This document shows positions 20,207-30,335 of a DNA stretch of 64,000 bases, piece after piece. The stretch covers positions 51,869 through 115,868 of the forward strand of contig CAZHMI010000001.1 in NCBI GenBank assembly GCA_964533795.1, read 5' to 3'. The notes below the pieces were generated by a model. The model saw only the letters and a list, made by a program, of their open reading frames with translations, did no database searches and was not told the origin of the DNA. Position 1 is the stretch's first letter. Each line of letters begins with the position of its first letter. Source of the stretch: an uncultured Candidatus Bathyarchaeia archaeon (GTDB lineage: Archaea; Thermoproteota; Bathyarchaeia; 40CM-2-53-6; CAYOZM01). The translations under genes were made by a program, and so were the position numbers.

Positions 20207-20426
20207 CTCACGATTTGTTTCGTGAAAGAGGAAATCTTCTACCCTATATTTTTAGGAGGACATTTGAATAGGTTTGTGCAACCGAAAGATGGGAACTGCG
20301 TAGCCTAGATGATAGCTTCGGCGGGATTTGGGAACGCATAAGTAATTACTATTCGCTGAGATGAAGGGAGCTCGTACGTGTGAATTGGGCATGGGCTTTA
20401 TATAACAGCGTTATAGAATACATCTT

Positions 20427-21353
20427 TTGCGCCCTACCTATGTGAGCATGATGTTTGCACAAGATGCCCTAGACCTGATCGGCAACACTCCGCTGGTCAA
20501 AATCAACAGGCTAACTCAAGAGAACGATGCAATCATACTCGCGAAGCTAGAGCAATACAATATAGGCGGCTCAGTCAAAGACCGAATCGCGAAATACATG
20601 ATTGAACTCGCAGAGAAAGAAGGCAAACTAACCAAAGACAAGATAATACTCGAACCTACATCCGGGAACACCGGCATCGGCTTAGCAATTGTAGCCGCTG
20701 TCAAAGGATACCGAGCATTATTTGTCATGCCCGAGTCCGTAAGCACAGAGAGAAGGAGAATCCTTCAAGCATTTGGAGCAGAAGTCATCCTAACGCCGGG
20801 TGAGAAAGGCACCCCGGGCGCAATTGAAGTAGGCTACAGAATGGCTGAAGAACATCCTGAGAAATACTTCCTTCCAGACCAATTCAACAATCCCCACAAC
20901 ATTCTGGCGCATTATGAGACAACAGGTAGAGAGATCATCGAACAAACTGCTGGAAAGCTAGATGCCTTCATAGCGGCCATGGGAACCACTGGAACGCTGA
21001 TGGGCGCTGGAAAGCGACTAAAGGAATATGATCCGAAGATCAAAGTCATAGGCGTTGAACCTGTCTTCGGTCAAAGGATTCAGGGCATGAGAAGCATGAA
21101 GGAACCTTTCCCGCCTTCCATCTTCGATGCCAGAAAGCTTGATGAACGGATCTACGTCCGCGAGAAAGACGCCTTTGAAATCGCAAGAGAACTAGCACGC
21201 AAAGAGGGGTTACTTGTCGGCATGAGTTCAGGCGCGGTCATGTTCGTTGCACTGCAGAAAGCTAGAGAATTCGGGAAAGGCAAAGTGATCGTTGCGGTTC
21301 TACCGGACACTGGTGAACGCTACTTGAGCACTGCTCTCTTCGACGTGAAGTGA
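20427..21353 (+). CDS. cysK: Cysteine synthase / O-phosphoserine(O-acetylserine) sulfhydrylase family (fold-type II PLP)
   Basis: SVKDRIA (PLP lysine), the EPTSGNTGIGLA glycine loop, and GxSSGA near the C-terminus. The true start is probably the internal MMFAQ. The stop overlaps the next gene by 4 bp. Confidence 0.85.
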   Translation: MRPTYVSMMFAQDALDLIGNTPLVKINRLTQENDAIILAKLEQYNIGGSVKDRIAKYMIELAEKEGKLTKDKIILEPTSGNTGIGLAIVAAVKGYRALFVMPESVSTERRRILQAFGAEVILTPGEKGTPGAIEVGYRMAEEHPEKYFLPDQFNNPHNILAHYETTGREIIEQTAGKLDAFIAAMGTTGTLMGAGKRLKEYDPKIKVIGVEPVFGQRIQGMRSMKEPFPPSIFDARKLDERIYVREKDAFEIARELARKEGLLVGMSSGAVMFVALQKAREFGKGKVIVAVLPDTGERYLSTALFDVK

Positions 21354-21985
21354 AGGACACTGTGTTAATCGATATCTTAAGACTTAGAGATCATGAAGAA
21401 GTCGATCCCTTCCGGTTTAAGAAACTCATGAATGAAATGATTGAGGATCAGTTCCAGAGAGACCCAATCATCGTTGACAAAGAATCCGGCGTAGTGTTGG
21501 ATGGACATCATAGACGGAACATCCTGAAGACCCTAGGCTACTCGAAGATTGCTTCTTACCAAGTTCAATATATCAAAGACGATAAGATCAAAGTCAAGAC
21601 TTGGTATCCAATCGTAGTAGACTTGGAAAAGAAATTGATGCAGACGATCTATGACTACAAGATAGAGTTAACGCCAAATACCAAGAATAATTCGAAGAAC
21701 CAACTTGTACTCAAGGGTAAAGCCTTCCAGTTAGTATCTAACAGAAACGAGGTCATGAAGTCTTTACTTGGGAAGATAAGATTCCGGTACGTACCCACTT
21801 TGAGTATTGCCTTACGCTTAGTCGAGGAAGGGGGAGCCGCTGCCGCCTTTGTCTTTGAGCCAGTTAAAAAAGAGGATGTGTTGGAGGCTGCTCTTTCAGG
21901 AGAACCTTTCCCACCGAAGACTACGAGGCATATTTTCGCTAGTAGGCCGAGAAACTGGTTCATACCTCTAAAGGAATTAAAGTAA
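21350..21985 (+). CDS. ParB/Srx-fold protein, inferred ADP-dependent free-serine kinase (SerK)-like (copy A)
   Basis: DPIIVD...VLDGHHR is a ParB N-terminal/sulfiredoxin-type motif. It is translationally coupled to cysK. A paralog lies at 25906..26577, and the two copies are 100% identical over their last 124 nt. Confidence 0.55.
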   Translation: MKDTVLIDILRLRDHEEVDPFRFKKLMNEMIEDQFQRDPIIVDKESGVVLDGHHRRNILKTLGYSKIASYQVQYIKDDKIKVKTWYPIVVDLEKKLMQTIYDYKIELTPNTKNNSKNQLVLKGKAFQLVSNRNEVMKSLLGKIRFRYVPTLSIALRLVEEGGAAAAFVFEPVKKEDVLEAALSGEPFPPKTTRHIFASRPRNWFIPLKELK

Positions 21986-21991
21986 AGACTT
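21868..21991. repeat. 124-bp perfect inverted repeat, left copy (3' end of ParB/SerK-like copy A)
   Basis: Reverse complement is identical to 25901..26024, checked base by base. Identity is lost immediately outside on both sides. Confidence 0.9.
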
Positions 21992-22208
21992 AGAAGATAT
22001 GAAGACTATTTCGCAACTAGCATCTTCTTAGAGATTATCTGCAGTATCAGGATTTATTTCCTAAAGGGTCTAGCCGCTGAAACTTTGTATACCGGTTGAA
22101 GATTTATCGTGTTTTAGTTTGAATGAATGGTTTCAAAGAAACGTCTATAAGGTCATCAATTGAGTTTGCTTTCCTTGTTGACCGTGCGTTTTGTTGGAGC
22201 AGATCTGA

Positions 22209-23087
22209 TTGAAAGCTGAACCTGCTTGTATTCCATGTATTCTGCACGATGTATTCTGCACTGGAAAGCTTGCGACGAATAATGTGAATACGCAGATGGC
22301 CATTCTGAGAGAAGCAAGCAGAGTAGTGGCAGAGAAGACCTCAGCCCATGTCACCCCTTCGCAACTCAACACACACGCTTACAGAGTCGTGAAGCGTATG
22401 ACTGGCATCGACGATCCATATAAAAGGATCAAACGTGCCAGTGGTTCGATTGCGGTGAAGGTTGCCAAGCTTGTCGAAAGAGAACTTACGAAAATAAGGA
22501 ATCCTGAAGTCAGATTTAGACGATGCATCCTTTATGCGATTGCAGGAAACCTTATAGATTACGGGGTTATGGGGCACACATTTCGGGGGAAGAAGAGTCT
22601 TGAGAAAGCCATCAGGCAAGGATTGGCTTTTGATGATGTCTCAAAGATCTTTAGAAAGGTGAGATCATCGCGGAATGTGCTCTATCTACTGGATAACAAT
22701 GGTGAAGCTTTCTTTGATGCTTTGTTGATAAAGGAAATAAAGCGGTATGGACCAAGAGTGGCGGTCGTAGTTAGAGGCGGCCCAGTGTCAAACGACGTAA
22801 CTTTGGCTGACATCTCACAGATAAGCTTGGATAAGCTTGCCGACGAGGTTATCACTACAGGTAGCGATGCGTATGGAATTGAGTTCGCTAGAGCAAGCAG
22901 GAAACTTATGAAAACGTTGAAGACATGCGATCTGATAATAAGTAAAGGCCAAGCGAACTATGAGGATCTTAGCGAGATAGAGGACGGCATATCAGGATCG
23001 ATTGTCTATCTTTTGAACGCGAAATGCGAACCCATGGCACGAACAATGAAGGTTAAGATCGGCGAAAACGTAGCGAAGTACGTTTAA
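22209..23087 (+). CDS. DUF89 (ARMT1-like) metal-dependent phosphatase family protein
   Basis: DNNGEAFFD and KGQANYE signature motifs of DUF89. Confidence 0.7.
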   Translation: MKAEPACIPCILHDVFCTGKLATNNVNTQMAILREASRVVAEKTSAHVTPSQLNTHAYRVVKRMTGIDDPYKRIKRASGSIAVKVAKLVERELTKIRNPEVRFRRCILYAIAGNLIDYGVMGHTFRGKKSLEKAIRQGLAFDDVSKIFRKVRSSRNVLYLLDNNGEAFFDALLIKEIKRYGPRVAVVVRGGPVSNDVTLADISQISLDKLADEVITTGSDAYGIEFARASRKLMKTLKTCDLIISKGQANYEDLSEIEDGISGSIVYLLNAKCEPMARTMKVKIGENVAKYV

Positions 23088-23163
23088 GGCGAGGGTTCTT
23101 GCCAAGAGGGTTCCGCCAAAACACCTGAATTGCGTGATGCGGCAGGCTGAATTTAAGCTATCA

Positions 23164-24024
23164 TTACAGAATCGTTTTGATTTCTATCGCTTCTTCTATT
23201 GTTTCTAGCGCCTTTACTCCATCCCGAATAGAGGGGGCTGGATGGACCTTCTGCTTTACGGACGAGATAAAAGAGTTCAACTCTTTTTCAAGAGGCGGCT
23301 TCCAAGCGATCGGAACTTCTGCCCTGTCTACGAACAGTCTCCATCTGTTATCTTCAAAGAAGGCATAAACGACTCTGTCTTCAAACTCAAGCACCCATCG
23401 CCGAACCCTCGGTCCAAGACAATCGGATATAATCATAGCTTCTGTTCCGCCTTCGAACTTGAGCTCCAACTGCCCAAAATGAAATCTTTCCATGGAACGG
23501 ATCACTGTTCTTCGAGGTTCGCCTAACATCCAGCGCAGTAGGTCCACATCATGAATCGCTAGATCTTTCAAGACCCCCGTTTTCTGCGCCACAAGAGTTG
23601 GGGTGCCTGACCTCTGGCAGAAGATTCTCAATGGCTTCTTCAATGCGCGTGTAACAAAATGAATTTTCCGAAATACCGGGTTGAATCTTTCAATAAAGCC
23701 GACCATGACAATTATGTCAGGGTTTTCTTTGGCAGCATCCTCTATCTTTCGTGCTTCCTGTAAGGAGCTCGCCATAGGCTTTTCGATGAAAGTATGTCTT
23801 CCTGCCAGTATAGCTTTCGAGGCCACATCGGCTAAAGATTCGGCTGGAACAACGACATCAACAACATCAACGTTTTCTATTAGACTGTCTAGCGAGGGTG
23901 TTGAGTTAGAGTAACGGGGGTCATAGATTGCTCTTAGTTCAATATCTGCATGTCTGCTCCATGCGTTGTAGTGTCTCTTCCCCCAGTTTCCGAAGCCCAC
24001 TAAACCCAATTTCAGCTTTGACAT
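23164..24024 (-). CDS. Gfo/Idh/MocA family NAD(P)-dependent oxidoreductase
   Basis: N-terminal Rossmann motif LGLVGFGNWG and the EKP motif (TFIEKPMA). Confidence 0.8.
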   Translation of the reverse strand: MSKLKLGLVGFGNWGKRHYNAWSRHADIELRAIYDPRYSNSTPSLDSLIENVDVVDVVVPAESLADVASKAILAGRHTFIEKPMASSLQEARKIEDAAKENPDIIVMVGFIERFNPVFRKIHFVTRALKKPLRIFCQRSGTPTLVAQKTGVLKDLAIHDVDLLRWMLGEPRRTVIRSMERFHFGQLELKFEGGTEAMIISDCLGPRVRRWVLEFEDRVVYAFFEDNRWRLFVDRAEVPIAWKPPLEKELNSFISSVKQKVHPAPSIRDGVKALETIEEAIEIKTIL

Positions 24025-24027
24025 CCG

Positions 24028-24354
24028 CTATCCCTTCTCAATCTGTTTTCTAAGCTCGTTCTGCCAGACTCCAAGATCGCCTTTACGAATGACAGTATCC
24101 CAAGCCTCCTCTATGTCATCTACATCAATTTTTCTTTTCGACTGAGAGGCAATCCAATTCGCTTGTTTCTGGATGAAACGGCGTAGCTTGTCCTTAGAAA
24201 CGCGTAGATTCTTGATGAATTCCTGACTTTCTTCAGAGTCCAGCAATTCCTCAACCCTAAAATCGGCCTCACTCGTTAGTGGCAAATCTGTGGGTGATTC
24301 AAGTGATTTGTTGTCCAGTTTTCTGTCGTGGCTCAAGAGTTTCTCCTGATTCAA
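24028..24354 (-). CDS. Hypothetical acidic/charged small protein
   Basis: ORF abutting the oxidoreductase gene (4-bp spacing); no motifs recognised. Confidence 0.35.
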   Translation of the reverse strand: MNQEKLLSHDRKLDNKSLESPTDLPLTSEADFRVEELLDSEESQEFIKNLRVSKDKLRRFIQKQANWIASQSKRKIDVDDIEEAWDTVIRKGDLGVWQNELRKQIEKG

Positions 24355-24477
24355 TAGAGAACTGCTCGAAATTTATGTAAGTATCGGAAACCTGAGGTTA
24401 ACCGCCAAGATAGAGTCATGCTTCACCCGCTTCGCCACCTTTGTAGAGTAGTATAAAAGGAGGAATGTGCACGTTGA

Positions 24478-25884
24478 ATGGAGACCACGTCAATGGCGAG
24501 TTTGAATAGAAGTCGTTTTGCAGCACTCGTGATCATTGCGCTTTGCATTAGCATTAGTCTATTGGCCTTCTTCTACTTCGGTGTCCTACAAAGCGTCTAT
24601 CAAGAGCGAACGACGGGGCAAGACGCGTATAGCCAGCAGACTGAATTTCTGCTTCGCGAGGTTTTAGAAAAGATAGGCCAAGTTAGAGAACTCTCTCCAC
24701 CACAAAACATACCTTTGAAGGCCGTCACGGTCGACTGGGTTGAGGAGAACTGGGGAAAAAAATTTGCTGAAGAAGCATCGACGGAGTTACAAGTTGAAGA
24801 AGAGATCTATAAAGCACTTTTCCTCATGCCTCAGAACCTTTCTCTTGCTGACGTTATGGTTGAGCAGTCTGGGGCTACGATGGCGGCGGTGTGGGAAGGT
24901 AGCTTGTATGTTGTTAGAGAACATTTCAATCCATTCGATAAACTGTCTGCGGAGCGGACTTTGGCTCATGAGATTATGCACATCATGCAGGAGCATTACT
25001 TCAAGGATCCTGACGCGCGTCTTCACGACGAACTCCAAGCTTGGGGCGCTCTAATAGAAGGAGACGCAGGATTTACTGCGGACAAGTATATAGACGAAGC
25101 AATGGCTAGACCCGTAATTTCGGATGTCCTCGTATTTGTCTCCCTTTCTGAGAAACCATTGATCGTGACTCACTTCCTCGCAGTGGAAATGCCAGAATCA
25201 CTTGTTGAACTATGGCTTTTCCGCTACAGATACGGGGAGAATTTTGTCTCTGCGTTATACGGAGTAGGCGGGTGGGATAAGGTTAACGCAGCCTACATGA
25301 ATCCTCCTCGAACTACTGAACAGATTTTGCATCCGGAAAAGTATCTTGAAGGTGAGAGTTTCGCGGTGGTAGATTCTATCTCGTTGAATAGTTCCTACTG
25401 GAATCTTGTTAAGACGGAAAGGTTTGGCGAACATTTCGTACGTGTAATGTTGAGCCGCCACATACCGCGAGATGATGCTGTAAAGGCGGCAGAGGGATGG
25501 CAAGGAGACAATTTCACGTATTATAGGAACGAAGAAAGTCATCTATTCATATGGAAGATCGTTTGGGATACTGAGCGCGACTCGATTGAATTCTTCGATT
25601 CGTTTGGACAAATGATGGATGCTGTCGGAGCTCGTCAGATACAGCCTAGCTGCAAATGTTCCTCGAATAACACCGTCAAGTGGAAAGCTGGAAATCAATA
25701 TGTTTCACTCGTAAGAAACCAATCGTCAACCATCATCACTGGTTCCACTGAGCTGAACGGGTACCAGCCAAATTTCTATGCAAGCTCGCCCATCCCATTT
25801 CTGGCCGTATCTTCGGGCTCGTACGACATGAAAGATCTATATTTGTGCCAAGAGAACTTGAAAACTTCTAGAAGATTCGCTTAA
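24478..25884 (+). CDS. Membrane-anchored putative zinc metallopeptidase (HExxH)
   Basis: N-terminal TM (AALVIIALCISISLLAFFYF) and an HEIMHIMQEH (HExxHxxQ) motif. Confidence 0.5.
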   Translation: METTSMASLNRSRFAALVIIALCISISLLAFFYFGVLQSVYQERTTGQDAYSQQTEFLLREVLEKIGQVRELSPPQNIPLKAVTVDWVEENWGKKFAEEASTELQVEEEIYKALFLMPQNLSLADVMVEQSGATMAAVWEGSLYVVREHFNPFDKLSAERTLAHEIMHIMQEHYFKDPDARLHDELQAWGALIEGDAGFTADKYIDEAMARPVISDVLVFVSLSEKPLIVTHFLAVEMPESLVELWLFRYRYGENFVSALYGVGGWDKVNAAYMNPPRTTEQILHPEKYLEGESFAVVDSISLNSSYWNLVKTERFGEHFVRVMLSRHIPRDDAVKAAEGWQGDNFTYYRNEESHLFIWKIVWDTERDSIEFFDSFGQMMDAVGARQIQPSCKCSSNNTVKWKAGNQYVSLVRNQSSTIITGSTELNGYQPNFYASSPIPFLAVSSGSYDMKDLYLCQENLKTSRRFA

Positions 25885-25900
25885 TCAATACGCCCGTTCA

Positions 25901-26024
25901 AGTCTTTACTTTAATTCCTTTAGAGGTATGAACCAGTTTCTCGGCCTACTAGCGAAAATATGCCTCGTAGTCTTCGGTGGGAAAGGTTCTCCTGAAAGAG
26001 CAGCCTCCAACACATCCTCTTTAC
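25901..26024. repeat. 124-bp perfect inverted repeat, right copy (3' end of ParB/SerK-like copy B)
   Basis: Identical to the reverse complement of 21868..21991. Confidence 0.9.
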
Positions 26025-26577
26025 TTATCGGATCGAAGATTATTGCACAGCTTGCTCTTCCAGTCTCAACAAGTTTTCTGGCAAACGTCGCAGATGGCGC
26101 ATAATTAATCCTGACTTTTCCCACTAGAACGCCCATTATTCTTCTCCTATCCGATCTCACTGTCAGTATTCTATCGCGAAATATTAGATGACCTGAGTTG
26201 CCTCGCGCTTCCCTATCTGGATTTATTCCGCTGTCTCCCAGAAGCTTCAGCAGGCTACTCTCAGAATCCATAATCGTTGGATACCAAGCTTTCACCATTA
26301 TGCTAGCGTCGTTCAGATAGTTGACAGAATGAGCGGCGATCCTTGAGCAGCCCAATGTTTTCAATATTCTTACTCTGTGATGACCATCAAGGATTACCTT
26401 ATGGTTTGCGTCGATGATTATTGGGTCCCTTTGATATCCGTCCTGAACCAATTCCTTTTTCAATTCTTCTAGATGGAATGGATCTATTTCTTCGTGTTCT
26501 TTCAGCTCTGAGATTTTGGTCAAGGCAAGTGGCGGCCTAGCACTTGCCTGAATAGCTATAATCGCTGACATATTCAA
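25906..26577 (-). CDS. ParB/Srx-fold protein, inferred SerK-like (copy B)
   Basis: DPIIIDANHKVILDGHHR motif. Its N-terminal half matches copy A at about 55% amino-acid identity (eyeballed over ~90 residues), and its last 38 codons are nucleotide-identical to copy A. It lies immediately downstream of TrpB2. Confidence 0.55.
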   Translation of the reverse strand: MNMSAIIAIQASARPPLALTKISELKEHEEIDPFHLEELKKELVQDGYQRDPIIIDANHKVILDGHHRVRILKTLGCSRIAAHSVNYLNDASIMVKAWYPTIMDSESSLLKLLGDSGINPDREARGNSGHLIFRDRILTVRSDRRRIMGVLVGKVRINYAPSATFARKLVETGRASCAIIFDPISKEDVLEAALSGEPFPPKTTRHIFASRPRNWFIPLKELK

Positions 26578-26672
26578 GCGCTGAAGCCCTCAATGGATGC
26601 TTTTACCGAGAAATCTTGTCCAGCTTGTGGAATCAAATGGAGCTTTACGTTCCTTGTTGGGAAGGGTAAAGG

Positions 26673-28067
26673 TTAGTAAGGCAAGGTTTCCAGCCATGGA
26701 TAAAGCTCCCTCAGCTTCTTCATGGCCTTCTGCACTTCTTCTTGTGGGTACGCGTAGGGTGGAAGTTTGCCTTGGAGGTAGTCGTCGAAGGCTTGCATGT
26801 CGAAGTGTCCGTGGCCACATAGAAGGAACAGGATGGTCTTCTCCTCGCCAGTTTCCTTGCATCTCAACGCTTCGTCGATGACGCCTTTAATGGCGTGGGA
26901 TGGCTCTGGAGCCGGTATCGTGCCTTCAGTCTTGGCGAAAAGCTTGGCTGAGTCAAAGACTTCCACTTGGTTGTAGGCTCTTGTTTCCACTTTCTTCTCC
27001 AAGGCGAGCAAGCATAAGGTGGGAGCCATACCGTGATAGCGCAGGCCTCCCGCATGGATCGGTGGCGGTATGAACTCGTGGCCTAAGGTATGCATCTTAA
27101 TCAAGGGGCTTAGCCTCGCCGTGTCACCATGGTCGTACATGTATTCTCCCTTGGTAATGGAGGGACAAGCCGTGGGTTCAACAGCTACGAACTTGATGTC
27201 CTTCGGGGCCTTTCCTGAAACTTTGTCATAATAGAAGGGCCAGTAAAGCCCAGAGAAGCTGCTGCCTCCGCCTATACACCCGATTATTACGTCCGGGTAA
27301 TCGTCCACCACTTCAAGTTGCTTTTGGGCTTCCAACCCTATCACGGTTTGGTGCGTGAGGACGTGGTTGAAGACGCTTCCTATGCCGTAATTGGCTTCCT
27401 CGTGGACGAGGGCGTCCTCTGCGGCTTCGCTGATGGCGATCCCTAGGCTGCCAAGATTGTCGGGATCTTCTTTTAAGATCTTTCTGCCAGCCTCTGTTTT
27501 GGTGCTCGGACTTGGATATACCTCGCCACCCCAAAGCTCCATTAGAACCCTTCTGTAGGGCTTCTGATAGTAGCTCGCCTTCACCATATACACGGTGCAC
27601 TTAAGCCCGAAAGTCATACAACCAAAGACTAGGGCGGAGCCCCATTGGCCAGCCCCCGTTTCCGTAGTCATGCGTTCTACGCCTTCCTTCATATTGTAGT
27701 ATGCCTGCGGAACGGCGGTGTTGGGCTTATGGCTTCCTGGGGGGCTAACGCCCTCGTACTTGTAATAGATCTTGGCAGGGGTCTTCAAAGCCTTCTCTAG
27801 TCCAAAAGCCCTGAAGAGAGGGGTAGGTCTCCAGAGCTGATAGACTTCCCTTACTTCTTCAGGAATGTCTATCCATCTTTCCTTGCTAAACTCTTGAGCA
27901 ATAATCTCTTTAGGAAACAGCTTGGGGACGATTCCAGGTCCAGGTGCCCTCTTGTCTGGCTCTATTGTTGGAGGCAACGGTTTCGGTAGATCAGGTAGTA
28001 TGCAGTACCATTGTTTGGGTATTTCCTCTTCATTCAATAAGATCTTCTTAGATGGCATGTTTTTCAC
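26673..28067 (-). CDS. trpB2: TrpB2-type tryptophan synthase beta chain (stand-alone, fold-type II PLP)
   Basis: N-terminal extension typical of TrpB2 (464 aa); [12 protein letters not shown] lysine; GAGQWGSA; [10 protein letters not shown]. Confidence 0.85.
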   Translation of the reverse strand: MKNMPSKKILLNEEEIPKQWYCILPDLPKPLPPTIEPDKRAPGPGIVPKLFPKEIIAQEFSKERWIDIPEEVREVYQLWRPTPLFRAFGLEKALKTPAKIYYKYEGVSPPGSHKPNTAVPQAYYNMKEGVERMTTETGAGQWGSALVFGCMTFGLKCTVYMVKASYYQKPYRRVLMELWGGEVYPSPSTKTEAGRKILKEDPDNLGSLGIAISEAAEDALVHEEANYGIGSVFNHVLTHQTVIGLEAQKQLEVVDDYPDVIIGCIGGGSSFSGLYWPFYYDKVSGKAPKDIKFVAVEPTACPSITKGEYMYDHGDTARLSPLIKMHTLGHEFIPPPIHAGGLRYHGMAPTLCLLALEKKVETRAYNQVEVFDSAKLFAKTEGTIPAPEPSHAIKGVIDEALRCKETGEEKTILFLLCGHGHFDMQAFDDYLQGKLPPYAYPQEEVQKAMKKLRELYPWLETLPY

Positions 28068-28148
28068 TTACCACGCTGTGGTGTATTGGCGCTGAATATT
28101 TCACAGTAGTGGGGATATAGGAAATATTTTAAGCTTACGCGTACAAAT

Positions 28149-28670
28149 ATGTACGCGTGGCGCTCCATGTGGAACAGGATAGTGAAATACCTAGAAACCC
28201 ATCCAGAGCGGTTATCCGTGGCAAAACTACTAGTGCAGAATGGTCTGAGCATACGGAATGGAAAGATATATTGTAACGAGATAGAGGTTCCGCCCATAAG
28301 AATAGCTAGGGTCTCAAGGGTTGATCGAAGAACCGTAACCGAGACAATAAAAACCATCGAAGGAAACCCTGATCTCCAAGTCATATTCAAGAACATAAGG
28401 TCGGCAGGCCACTCGCTCAAAGAGATCGCTCGACATCTGGGCTTGGGCGTGGTGGAGATAACGCCTATGGATGCGAAAACCCCGGGAATACTTGCTCGTT
28501 CAGCTACATTGATAGCCGAGAGAAACATCAGCATCAGACAAGCGATAGTTGATGATCCGGAACTCTCGCCAGAGCCGAAGTTGACACTGATTACTGAGAC
28601 AAAAATCCCTGGAGAACTCGTTCCAGAGCTTCTTAAGGTAAGAGGTGTCGCAACAGTCTCAATATACTAG
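28149..28670 (+). CDS. Putative regulator of amino-acid metabolism (HTH plus C-terminal ACT-like domain), divergent from trpB2
   Basis: HTH-like LSVAKLLVQNGLSIRNG and a C-terminal ACT-like beta-alpha-beta region. Its divergent placement recalls TrpY. Confidence 0.4.
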   Translation: MYAWRSMWNRIVKYLETHPERLSVAKLLVQNGLSIRNGKIYCNEIEVPPIRIARVSRVDRRTVTETIKTIEGNPDLQVIFKNIRSAGHSLKEIARHLGLGVVEITPMDAKTPGILARSATLIAERNISIRQAIVDDPELSPEPKLTLITETKIPGELVPELLKVRGVATVSIY

Positions 28671-28925
28671 AAATCTTCATCATTTGAACGCTAAGTAAGC
28701 GATTAAGCTTATCGCTATAAGCCCCGCTGCCATCAAGAGTACTACTTCAGGTCTCAATTTTATCCCGAGCGTCTCTTCCTCAAAGAACCTGAGTAACCCT
28801 GCGCTTGCGGCGGGCATTGGCGCCTCGCTTCGACGCCTCTTCTCTCTACGACTCAACCACTATCCCTTTGCAACAAAGATAGTCGGCAACGGTGCTTTAA
28901 ACTTTAAAACCGGAAGCAGGCGGCG

Positions 28926-30251
28926 TTATCTTACGCGCAGGTATTCGTAGGCGTCTCTAGCTGTATCGAATGCGAAGTGCACCTTCTGAAAGCTTTTTCT
29001 GAATTCCTCCACATCTCCTCTCACTTTCTCGGTCGGTTCGTTGTCGATTACAACTCTCTTCATAAACTCGGCGATTTCGATCATCTCAGATTCTCTCATG
29101 CCCAACCTAGTCACTTCCGATGCCCCGACTCTTATTCCTCCAGGGTTTTGGAAGTGCCGACCTTCTTTAATGTCCCATGGAAGCAGATTTCTATTCAGTA
29201 TAATGTTTGCTTTTTCCAGCTTCCTTTCTAAATCGCCGCCGAGCCCGTACTTTGTTACATCTATGATTACCACATGAGACTCCGTGAATCCTTTATGTTC
29301 GCCTAGCACTCGAAAACCTCGTTCGAAAAGCGCTTGCCCCAGAGCCTTGGCGTTCTTCACTATTTGTCTACTATACTCTTTTCCAAACGCGAGCATCTCA
29401 GCTAATACAACAGCTTTGCCAGCAACATGGTGCAAGTGATGGTTACTAACATTACTCGGAAAGACTTTGCTCTTTATCAAATCACCATACTTGCTCCAAG
29501 AGAGTATTAAGCCGCCTTGGGGTCCAGGCAACGTCTTATGTGTGCTACAAGTCATGGCGTCCGCTCCCTCCCTCAATGGATCTTGAAAAACCCCGCCCGC
29601 GATCAACCCGGCCACATGGGCTCCATCATAGCAAGCTTTTGCGCCTACGCTATGAAACGTCTCAACCAATTCTTTGACTGGATGCGGGAAGGGCAAGACG
29701 CTAGCGCCGAACATAGCGAGTTTGGGAGGAAAATTCTCCTTCGCCATCTCCTCAACTTTGGCCTTCGTCTTATCGACGTCGATGGTCAACTCTTTATGGT
29801 CAAATGGAAAATACTCAACCTTGAGTCCGTGCACAGCGCCAGCTGTGCCGCCGAACTCAAGTTTTCCCATGCTTATATGACCGCCAGCAGGGATAGCCAA
29901 AGCCATCATTCGGTCGCCCGGGTTGCTGAATGCGGTATAAACTGAAAGGTTAGCGCATACGCCTGAAACTGGGCGGACATCGGCAAACTCAGCGTTGAAC
30001 AGTTTCTTAGCCAGTTCGACACAGAGAAGTTCAACCTGATCTATAAAGGTGCAACCAGCGTAAACTCTCTCTCCAGGCCATCCCTCTGCATAGCGGTTTC
30101 CGAAATCTGTTATAATCGCTTCTCGAACCGCTGGGCTTGGAATATTTTCGCTGGCGATCAGTGGAATGCTTTTGGAGAACCAGTCGTGATGCTGCTGCAG
30201 AAGTTGAAACACTTTATCATAATACTCACGAGGCGTAGACATCTCTCTCAA
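28926..30251 (-). CDS. glyA: Serine hydroxymethyltransferase
   Basis: SIPLIASEN...; PLP lysine region THKTLPGPQGG; 441 aa. Confidence 0.9.
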   Translation of the reverse strand: MREMSTPREYYDKVFQLLQQHHDWFSKSIPLIASENIPSPAVREAIITDFGNRYAEGWPGERVYAGCTFIDQVELLCVELAKKLFNAEFADVRPVSGVCANLSVYTAFSNPGDRMMALAIPAGGHISMGKLEFGGTAGAVHGLKVEYFPFDHKELTIDVDKTKAKVEEMAKENFPPKLAMFGASVLPFPHPVKELVETFHSVGAKACYDGAHVAGLIAGGVFQDPLREGADAMTCSTHKTLPGPQGGLILSWSKYGDLIKSKVFPSNVSNHHLHHVAGKAVVLAEMLAFGKEYSRQIVKNAKALGQALFERGFRVLGEHKGFTESHVVIIDVTKYGLGGDLERKLEKANIILNRNLLPWDIKEGRHFQNPGGIRVGASEVTRLGMRESEMIEIAEFMKRVVIDNEPTEKVRGDVEEFRKSFQKVHFAFDTARDAYEYLRVR

Positions 30252-30335
30252 TCCTTAGCATACTCACTTTGGAGCAAACAGCCGAATTAAGGTTTTGCAG
30301 GAAATACGTTTCGCCTAAACGGAGATGTAAGCACA

